From NCBI GenBank assembly GCA_965285935.1, contig OZ260661.1, positions 20,584,001-20,648,000 on the forward strand: DNA of 64,000 nt, written 5' to 3'. Within the stretch, counting starts at the first letter, position 1. Each line of letters starts with the position of its first letter. The DNA is from Ophelia neglecta. Lineage: Eukaryota. Below are positions 54,229-64,000 of this stretch, one piece after another. A program made the translations under genes and the position numbers. The notes beneath the pieces are model-generated. The model saw only the letters and a list, made by a program, of their open reading frames with translations, did no database searches and was not told the origin of the DNA.

Positions 54229-55623
54229 GACACAACCTTTTATACAGTGCATTCACACACCTCTGAATATGTTGTTTTCCATGGTCATACGTCGAAGGGG
54301 CACTTGGTTAAAATAAGTGTCAGCCAAATACTGGGAATCCCAAACCGATTGAGCGGTTTTTGTATCTTCTTGTATTACAGCCATCGGAAATTTAATATGG
54401 AAATTGGTTTTGTTGATATGTGTCAAATGTCTTCAAAACCGCGCAGGCAGAATTGTACTGAAATTTAACGCATGTATGAATATAAATAAAGGAACCGTCA
54501 GCTGCAGGGCAACAAACATCACTTCCAAGTTAACTAGCAGGAAGTAGTCTTGCAACGAATAAAACAAAAAATAGAACTGATATCACTTGCAATGTTAAGT
54601 AGTAAATAGTTTCCCTGAAGTGAGTCAGACCACCAAACAAACGAGCCAATGACATTCATGATGTGGAATTTCATAGTTTGTTTCATTATTATCGTCAAAG
54701 GTATAAATTGGCTATATATTGATCAACAATTTAGATTGATAAACATAAAAGAACGTATACCAACTTATATAATTGTTAAATGGTGTAATGAGATTTATTC
54801 CAAGAATATTATTTTAAGGCTTCCTCTACCTGTTCGTTGGTTCATTATTACCTTAACATCTGCGATGCAAAATCTTTTGTTAAATACTGCTTCAATACTG
54901 TTCTGGACAGGGATTACCTCGACGTTGCTGAACATGTCAATAAACTTTTCGCAAAGGTATATGGTCCGTTTGCAAAAGCGATTTTCAATGTTGCATATCG
55001 GGAGTAATGGCGCTGAAATAACTATCTATGATATTATATTATATATATTAACTTTTGTATTGTGTTGTTGCATGAAATTTGTAATTATGTTTGATTTTTT
55101 GTACCTATGATTGCTCTCATTAATTTGAGGAAGTTAATAAAATACATACATACATACGACACGAAGCATTGCCTTCTTTGGCATAAAAATAGGAAGTTAT
55201 TAAATTATTGCGGCTGCCTGATCCTGCGAAAGAAAAACACTAAGGCTTTCGAGACAGAAATGCCACAAACAAGGCAAGATAATAAGAGTCACTCTTTTTT
55301 CTACATAAAACGAGAATAGTGCTTCTAAGAATTCCAGTCAGAATAACAGTCCCTCAATGTTTCTTTTATCAAAAGGACAACAGTATGACCGACGGCCATG
55401 CATGTCATCGTCGCATTACGATTTAAGCCTAAGGCAAAAGTAAAATTATAAAGTGGCATCAAAACTGATATTCATAAGAACAGATCGTAAGGCACCCTCG
55501 ATAGCTGCATATCTTCCAATTACCCGTAAATGTAGTATGATTTTGTACATGAGTACGCATAGTTGGTGCACAAAACTTTTAGACAAATCCTAGGAATAGT
55601 CTTTACGATTTTAGTTTTGTGTA

Positions 55624-55701
55624 CCCGTGATAGCTCAGTTGGTAGAGCGGGAGACTGTAGTGGTAAACTGACTGATATCTCTAGGTCTCCGGTTCGCGGG
55701 A
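55624..55701 (+). pseudogene. tRNA-Tyr(GTA) pseudogene with 16-nt intron and T-arm/B-box deleted
   Basis: CCCGTGA TA GCTC AGTTGGTA GAGC G GGAGA CTGTAG[intron]A TCTCT AGGTC, then lacks ACTGGTTCGAC relative to 63024, and ends TCGCGGGA followed by a T-run. Confidence 0.85.
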
Positions 55702-57619
55702 CACATTTTTGTTTAAAATTATAAAGTATAGCCCATGGTAGTTTTTGATATAAAGCTGTAGGTGAGGTTTTGCGTATCTGAATGGTTGAAAGACAATGAC
55801 TTGTCCACATTTGACACTTGTACACTAATGTGCGTATGTGTTAAGAGTTTAGGAGTATCTTAAGATGTGGACTAACTGTATATCAAGGTTTTAAACATGC
55901 TTTTCGCCTGGAAGGAGCTCGTTTCAAATCAGATTTTTTGCCTAGAAAGCCTACTTCTAGCCAAGAACGTATGCCTCATTCGACCAACCGACGCCATTGT
56001 CTTTCTTGGTTTCAGCCCTAGAGGCCTTCCCCCAAAATTGAGCGTCTAACCGATATATACATTATTTTCCATTTCACTAATTAGCTAGTTTTAATTGTAT
56101 GGGCATGTATGGAGGTAGTATCTGATGAGGCCTGATTAGCTTGAGGTACGTAAATAACATGATTTCTCGGCTGTAGTTTGCTGCGAGGGAATATAAACCT
56201 TCTTTGAAAATGATTCAGCGACCATAAAGACAATTCCGGACGAAAATTATGTGAGAGACATTAAATTTCACAGTTAAGGTGGAGCGACATTTTGATGGTG
56301 TTAGAGGAGGTGTGTTTGTGTGAGTGTACCGCACTCTGACGGAAGGGGGGGGGGGAGCCATATGATGGGAGCGATCATGGAATGCCTCGGATAAGAAGGA
56401 AAACTCACATAGATATCGAACCCCTCCTAACATAAAAAAAATACTGGGTACGTGACTGTTGCCCATACATGTTAATAAAATTGTGTCTATGAAAGCCAGG
56501 TATTATTCCTGGTTATTTATTATGATTGCTTATGTACATGAATGATTTGCTAGCGTCAAGCCGGGTTATCCCACACAAAGCCAAAGAAAAATATGTCATC
56601 GTCTCTATTAATGTTACTCTAATCAAAAATAATCATCAACTCAGGTAGATGAACCTTCTAAAGTCAAATTAAAATACGACTTTTTCCTAAACATATAAAT
56701 GTCCGTTTAAAAATAACGAAGTTCACGGCTATCAATGTTGAATAAATGTTTATTAAAGGATTTCTTTCCCCTGGAGAGACAGGAAAAAATTCTCCCAATA
56801 AAGGAAATAACTCTTCTTTGCAAAAGGGATATTGTGGACCTGTTGTATTCGAAACATTAAAAAGTAGAGAACTAGGACCATTACCTAGGTGCTTTACAGG
56901 TATATTATATTATTTTCATTTACGCCAATGGTAGACCATGGGTTTTTTCTACAACAAACAGCTGTCAAATTGTTCATCAACATACATATGGTGGATGTTT
57001 ACAAGCACGTAGAAAAATAGAATATATACTTGCAAAACCACAAGTTAAGATTTAAATGATGACTCCAACGTGTAATGTTTTGATAGTTTGGATGCAGTTT
57101 GGCAGAGGATCAGTATATAATGTCTACATTGGCAGATAAATATTTAAATCGGAAGGCATTTTTCCTTTATTCTTCAAAATAGGAAAAGGTCCTCTATGCT
57201 AAAAGAGAAAATGTCCCTATTTTGCACAAAAGGATTTTTCTTTTTTTTTCTGGTTGGAGAATTCCAATTCTACCTCATATATCAAATTGTCTTTACGTTC
57301 CTTAATGGAAATGTTTTCTTTTTAAAAGGTGACATTTGTTTTCTAGAAAAGGAAAATGGTATTTTTTTTTTACTTGGAAATTGTCATTTATTTATTTCAA
57401 CCGGCTTAAAACGCCCAAAACTGGCTAACAAAACCATATTATCAAATTCGTGGACATAAATGCACCATATGACTCCTATAATTAAACAAAATCCGGAAGG
57501 ACATGCCCCAAAAACATGCGACTTGTGTCAGGGGGGTATTGAGATCCAGACCCAGGCAAGGTGGAGCAGGGCAACAAAATCAAAAACCTTTTCATGTAGC
57601 AAACCACTAACCCTAGCAC

Positions 57620-57695
57620 TATCCATAATGTCAACAAGATCATTAGGGTTCTCGCCAGGGACAAACACATTGGAATCGTCCGCGAAAAGAATACA
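57620..57695 (-). mobile_element. Short CR1/L2-type RT fragment
   Basis: ILFADDSNVFVPGENPNDLVDIM. Confidence 0.5.
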
Positions 57696-57699
57696 CAAC

Positions 57700-58065
57700 A
57701 GTCGTCTCTCCGGGAGACGAGAGGCTGTCTAAAACATTTTGTTATGAAGGGTCAGATTGAGTGTGATTTGTTTTCTGTGGCCTGACGTCTGACATAGTTT
57801 CCAACCTTACACATTGATGGGGTTTTATTAGTCCGAGAAGGAATTTTAAAAACAGAAAATTGCAGCTTCCAAGGCCTCTTCTGCCCTGTATTCAGCAGCG
57901 TCATTGCCTTTGTTGCTTACATGGTTCGGCACCCATAGAAGGCCAATGTGTTTACCTCGCTTAAGGATTTTATTTATAGTCTCGCCTGGAGAGAACCAAA
58001 GGGGTTGACAAGTTAAACCCTTCTAGAGCCTGGAGGGGAGACATAGGGTCCGTAGCGAAGGTTAG
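57700..58065 (-). mobile_element. I/Nimb-like LINE RNase H fragment
   Basis: TFATDPMSPLQALEGFNLSTPLV / KRGKHIGLLWVPNHVSNKGNDAAEYRAEEAL resembles the DS..ALQAL and WVPSH.GI.GNE.AD..AK RNase H signatures. Confidence 0.65.
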
Positions 58066-59874
58066 GACAGCACAGCCAAATAACTGTAGTTATAAATCTC
58101 TTGAAACTTTATACGGATAAAAGCGAATTGATACCCGGCAGTACAAAATAAGATGTTAGTTACAATTACGTTGGTCCGGATACTGTATACCAGTACTCTA
58201 CCTGGATAACCGTCTTTCAACTGATCATTCCATAAACACACACAGTACACATTTAAATCATTTTCATTGGAGGCCTGAAGGACAAAGAAGGAAACCTAAA
58301 GATGGATGTAAGCTGATGAATTAGTATAGCAATTTTTTTTAATTCTGGACAAACTCACTATTTATTTTGTCGATAGTGAGTTAATATTGAAGTAATGAAT
58401 AGATCAATATTTCCTTTTTCTTTCTTCTTGGAGGCATGAAGGACGAGGCAGGGTACATAAATGCCATAAATAGGTTTCCTAAGAAAGCTGCCAGCTGGCA
58501 AATTAAAGAATAACTAGTTTTATTACTGAAAAATCTCACCAACCCCAATTTCGATAGGAAAGCAGACAGTTATAAAGTGTGAGTCCGTGCGAATATGACA
58601 CGAAACTCGACCTATAATGAGTGCCGCAACTCGAAATATGGCGTGTTTACTGAGTCGTAAATGGGCGCAAGTGCTTTGCAATCTATCTCACTGTGTCGCT
58701 GCTGCCTGCACACCACACTTTCAGCATGCTATGAGTGGCGCGAAGCCAATAGCCCAGCCCCGCCGCGGGCTTACAGCATTCTGTCTGGCTCAATTCTAGG
58801 ACCTGGCTTTGACCTGGCTTTAAAACAGATGCTCGCTGAAAGACACTGTAGCGTAGGCAAATGACTAACGTTTGATACATTTTGTTTTAAAGCCTATGAA
58901 ACTGGGCAGTAAGATTAACCAGTGAGATTATTGTCACATTTTGGATACTGTTGTTAGGTAGGATATCGTTTGCTCGAGGATATACAGTCATATAAAGCTA
59001 ATAGAAGGACGGCAGATACGGTGAGTGGTTTTGTTATCATCTGGTCGTTACAGCGTATACGCTGATAGGTGAAGTCAGTACTTGATAAGTGTGAAAAGAA
59101 ACATCTAACGACTTTTATTGTGTATAGGGACGGACACAATGGCACAATCATGATTTGGGATTTTGTATAATTCATGCTTTTTATTTTGCCCGTATATTTT
59201 TATATATGCTCTAAGTGGTACTTAAATCGATACAGAAATTGATTACCTGTGCCAAATGTGTGACTTTAAGGACCTCTATCATACATTGTGCTTCCTTATG
59301 CTTCGATATCACTTCAAACTTCGTGTCTGAAGTGGTTGAAAAACAATATAGACGCTAGACTTTATTAGTACTGCTACCTTCCTTTCAACAAACACCACTT
59401 ATACTTATAAAGTGTTTCATCTTTATTATCTGCGCAAGGCGTTCATTCGTGACTAAAAAAAGTAATCCACTGGGCCACTTTTTTCTTCTTTTTTTTTGTT
59501 ATGAATAAACTTCTATACTTTTCTTGTTGTATGTGCTTTGAAATCTTATTCTAGGAGCGGTCTTGGCTTTTCACAATGGTGATTTTATTGTTTACCGCCT
59601 GACTGATGCTCTCGGGTTTTTTGGTTGTGCTAAAATCCCTCAGAGATGTAAACACACGGATGTGATTCTGGTGTGTGTTTTTGGCCATTGTGAACAAAGT
59701 CAAGCTGATAAGCGCTTTTTCTGGTGTTGGGAGTTCGAGACACTGGGATTGAAAACCCAAGTTGATGTCTATGCATGTTTTCTATATATACGCGGGGTAA
59801 TTAATGAAATATATAAGCACTTCATTTTTATGGGTCTTGTACACAGCTGGTACAAGCAATTTCACTAGGATTTG

Positions 59875-60530
59875 GTTTAAACATATTTATTTACAGTTTG
59901 AATTATGCAAAAGCCAAAGGCTTACAAAGGTATATTTCAAAACGTTCACAACATATATACACAGGCATGCAGGGTGGATGTGATGAGATGGGTTGATAGG
60001 GGGTGGGATGGGATGGAGTGGGATGAGGCAAACAACATGGTTACTATAAAGTTAAATGTAGCCAGAATTAAACGGTCACAAGCACTATACATTAATAAAT
60101 AAATATAATGTTGTATACTGATGAGAAACAAACAGCAATTATGAAGGCCACAGAAACAGATTATTTATGAAACATATCTTCCAGAGTGTATGATGAATCT
60201 ATCAACTACCTGAGACATTTCCAAGGACAGGCCGCGTCGGCCGCAGAGTAGTATAAAATTAGTGTGTTCGCCCGGCGGTAGATTTGCGGAGTTTAAGAAA
60301 TCCATTAAAGGCCCACGAATGGTTGAGTAGAGATTACAAGATAGGAAGAAATGAGACGGGGTTTCGCTTTCAAGTCCACACTGACAAAGCGGCGGTGCTA
60401 TGCAGTGATTTGAATAAAGATGCTGATTTAAACAAGAACAGCCAAGTCTACATTGGGAAAAGAAAATTTGACCACGGCGGGATCCCAGATAATAATAACC
60501 AGGGGGACGTTTCACATTCTTTCTAGGATT
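59875..60530 (-). mobile_element. CR1-type LINE 3' end with 10-bp TSD
   Basis: CRLGCSCLNQHL...CQCGLESETPSHFFLSC...FIIHSGRY, then a 3'UTR ending aataaatatgtttaaac. CTAGGATTTG at 59865-59874 and 60531-60540. Confidence 0.82.
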
Positions 60531-60734
60531 CTAGGATTTGATTATGATTAATTGCCAAATAATATATATTGACATCAAATGATAAGTTTACTTTATGAGA
60601 TGACTGTTTCAGAAAATGTATTTACAGGAAAAATATGCCGCATACATGTATGCATAATACAGAAGACATGCAATCACAGTGTATGTTTATCCTTGACGAA
60701 TCAATTAGATTAAGAAAACTGTTAGCTTCCTAAT

Positions 60735-61036
60735 AGCCTTACCTCGCAAAGGAGTAGATCGGGGTTCGAACCCGATCGCGTCAAACCCAAGATGTAAAAA
60801 TAGGTACTGATAGCTCCCCTGCCAGGCGCCTGGTATTTCGGGGGTAGTATCAGGACTGGTTAACCCGGTGTCAGTATAATGTGACTGGATGGGGTTCCCT
60901 GTCTGGTGGGTACGGCAGGTACTCCAGTGAGGCAGCACTATAAAGAGGGCATTGGGCCCACTGTCACAAGTAGGCACCGTGGCGATATGACCATATAAGT
61001 GTTGAAATCCACGTAAAACCCCAAACAACCAACCAA
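60735..61036 (+). mobile_element. tRNA-derived SINE (MetaSINE-like), 5'-truncated
   Basis: B box GGTTCGAACCC at about 60763, central domain ...gactggttaacccggtgtcagtataatgtgactgg, (AACC)n tail, candidate TSD CCTAAT at 60729-60734 and 61037-61042. Family name from recall. Confidence 0.75.
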
Positions 61037-63023
61037 CCTAATGACCTTACCACTGTGACCCACTATTTTGCATAAATCATTTGTCTATGTATGCCGGGTA
61101 TCCCCATCCGTGGTATTCACTATCTTTCTTGTTGGCTGGCCTTAGTGTTGATAGACGGATTGAGGTGGGAATCTTTGGGAAGATTGCTGATTGGATAACT
61201 CAAGATTGAATAAATGTCAACAGGCAGACCAGCAAACGTTGCCGTGGCAACTTATTTGATAAACTTTCACTTAAAATTGGATAGTCAAATCCATTACTAG
61301 AAGCCAGCATTTTACTTGTCAATACTATGACATAGTGAATAAAATTACCTTCATTGGCAAAAAAACCCTTTATATTAATCGATCAAAAGAAAAAAAAACG
61401 CATATTGCCAGTTTTAAATCGATCCCGGGGCATAGTGGATGTGCATTGTACGAGCTTGTTCATCTTACAAATTTTCACTATCTTATCCGTTGTTACTTAT
61501 TCAGAACGCATGGCAGATAGAAATATTCACAGACAGATAAATCTATAATGCAAGACAATATTTCATTTTTGCTACAAACCCCATAGTTTAAAAAAATATA
61601 ACCATGAAATGCACAATTTCCATTATAAACAATCAACACATTGTAAGCTGTTTGTGGCAATTTTTTCTACCCTCCTAAAGTGATTATCATTTTCCGGTTA
61701 TCAAAACACTAATATTCAATGCAACATTTTTTTTTCTCCAGATGTTTTCGACCGGATTTGTGAGTTTGTCATTTTCAAAGCTCCTATTAATTACGACTAT
61801 ACATTTCACTCCCTGCTGGTAGATTGCTATCTAAATGGTTGTATTGTATTTAGAACACGCGAAAACACCATTTATATCAAAAATGTCAAATGCAAGTAAA
61901 AAGCATACCTGCCGCTCATTTAAGAATTCTGTTAGTCGTCACATTAGAGCTAACAAAATACGAATACTTTGAATATACACAAATGGTGTTTTATAACAAA
62001 TTGAAACTTGTTCCAGTAATTCCAACTAAATCTATGTTTGCATTTAGCGAAAAGTCATATGAATAATGTTTCTTTACAATAAAAAAACAGAAAATCGATT
62101 GTTATAAACATCCCAAATGGTAGCCATTAAACATGCATATATTTTTATGCCTTAGCATTGCATTTCTTGCGTGTCCCGCATACACACGTTTTCTAGATGT
62201 TTTATTCGTTTATCCTTTTCCAGTTCGTCATTTAAGTACCTAAGTTTTTCCGTTCACGCACCAGGTTTCCAAGCAAGCAAAGAAAAGATTTAACTTCAAT
62301 AGCCTACACTTTACCTCTAAAAATAAAGATAAGTGCCACCGTATACGAGGCGTTGTAAAAGGAAGCTTTGCCACCACCTTCAATGCGGAATATAAATCAA
62401 ATACTCATATATTGATTTACATTGATGGTTCTTCCAAGCTGCTGACTAAAGTAATTCTTTTCCCACCTAGCGAGCCGGTGACACACTTTACTTGGGTAAA
62501 ACAGGTGAGGATCGGTTTAAATCAACAAGTGAATCAACAACACGTGGGCGCATGTATGGGCAAGTGCAACAAGCTTATAGGTCAACTGCGCGTTTGGCCG
62601 CACTATCTGATGATGCCAAACTTGGTAGTTTTGTCCATAGCTTATGCATTAATTGTTCTTGATGAGAAATATAGATTCCACAAACCTCAGTCAGCATACA
62701 CTCACTTCACGCGCCTTTGATTATCCTACAAACAGTTTGTTTACTTGTCAGCTGGAAAGCAGCTGCCAAAGTTTTATATAAGCAGTATACAACATAGTTA
62801 CAAATTCTGACCGCTTATAATGTTCACGATCTCAAGATTATTCTCGCAATAGTATAGTCGAGGTCAAGTAAGCGATGATTCCATTTCTCTTTCGGCAAGC
62901 CTTTAGATTGGCTAGGACTTCACGAATAAATAATTGCCTAACTATGCAGCAACAATGCTACGCTGATTAAGGAATCATGCATGCACTAAGAACATAACCA
63001 TTTTAGGGACCCTCATTCGTGTA

Positions 63024-63112
63024 CCCGTGATTGATCAGTTGGTAGAGCGGGATACTGTAGTGGTAAACTGATTGATATCTCTAGGTCACTGGTTCGACTT
63101 CGGTTCGCGGGA
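63024..63112 (+). tRNA. tRNA-Tyr(GTA) with 16-nt intron, full length but probably a pseudogene
   Basis: Complete cloverleaf with C1-G72/A73 and a T-run terminator. Mismatches in the D stem (GATC/GAGC), anticodon stem (GGATA/TCTCT) and C61>T. Confidence 0.75.
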
Positions 63113-64000
63113 AAATTTTTTTTTGAAATATATATATGGATGAAGGTTCCAAAAACCTATCGACTGTTATGAATTTGTTTTGATTTGGATTTTTGGGGCT
63201 TAACGACACATAGACACCATGTGGGTCATTTAGTGTCTTAAGTTGGGTATAGTTTATTGTTCATTGTACTGTCTATTTTTATTTACATGGGGATATTCGT
63301 AAGAAGTAAGAGGTTATTGAGCTCTATTTTATAAAAAAAAATCTTCTAGGTGGGTGGGTCAGATGTTTTTCTGACTAAAATGTGTTAAAGGAACATAAAA
63401 ATTTGGAATTTGTTTTGAGGTTGACTTTCTGGATACACACCTCTGTCTGGCAAAGAAAATGCATCTCAAACAAGTACTCAGCCTGTTCGTCTGCTTTAGA
63501 TTTAGGCTTACTAGTTTTTACAAGTTCTTTGAAGTTGTGGTCGGTAAAGCATCATTTAATGTCATGAGGATACGAGCAAGCATGTATGATAATGTTGCAA
63601 GAAAGTATTTCCATTTTCTTTCGAAGACATTAATTAATTTAAGGTGTAATAGAAGTCATGAGTCAAAAACTAATTGAATCGTTATCTGTGAATTTCGGAA
63701 ACTTGAATCAGTTGTAAAACTACAATAGAATATGGCGAAAACTGTATATTTAAGTACTACTGCATGAATTATTTTGGTGACAGATTTGATTAATGTTCAT
63801 ACTGTGTGGAACATTAAAACAGAAAAGACTGGTGGCCCTCTAAATGTAATTCGCCTATGGTCTACTTTAATTACTATTATATTATAGATTAACAGATACA
63901 ACTGTATAATCAATCTAAACTTGGTCAGTCTGCTACCTGAATGGTCGTTTGCCAATAGACGAGATTTGCGCAACAGTCTCCCCCCCCCCCCCCTATACTT

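Noticed and set aside
1-54465. Inverted duplications as a simple sequencing or assembly fold-back artefact
   Set aside because: The arms differ by many substitutions, indels, repeat counts and TE insertions. Haplotype merging is not fully excluded without reads.
54649-55110. 153-aa ORF with an LPLPVRW motif resembling hAT transposase
   Set aside because: A single weak motif in AT-rich sequence with no other support.

Overview
AT-rich eukaryotic genomic DNA, probably from a mollusc or other invertebrate (inferred from the repeat families and gene type). The window is built around a small cluster of spliced genes for a secreted protein with two tandem fibrinogen-related domains (FReD/FBG). Copy 1 (minus strand, 1-1889) is open and runs off the window start. 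Copy 2 (minus, 23968-25010) is a pseudogene with a frameshift, three stops and a deleted signal-peptide exon. Copy 3 (plus, 45736-47803) is intact, about 401 aa. The copies lie in nested direct and inverted segmental duplications of more than 10 kb (1-10.2k vs 36.0-47.6k; 18.3-28.8k vs 41.7-54.5k). An upstream block with a CpG-rich 36-bp repeat occurs five times, and shared indels suggest mosaic exchange between copies. Both FReDs lack the N-terminal A-subdomain and sit on one 1044-bp exon. Domain 2 has lost the canonical Cys pair and differs sharply between copies 2 and 3 in its ligand-binding loops, while domain 1 is nearly invariant. The rest is decayed retroelements (APE-RT LINEs, an L1/Tx1 remnant, a CR1-type 3' end, an I/Nimb-like RNase H, a BEL/Pao protease, a tRNA-derived SINE), a foldback-like 16-bp repeat element, a 41-bp minisatellite containing TAGGGTTAG, and two damaged intron-containing tRNA-Tyr genes. 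Identity estimates are by eye and no searches were run.
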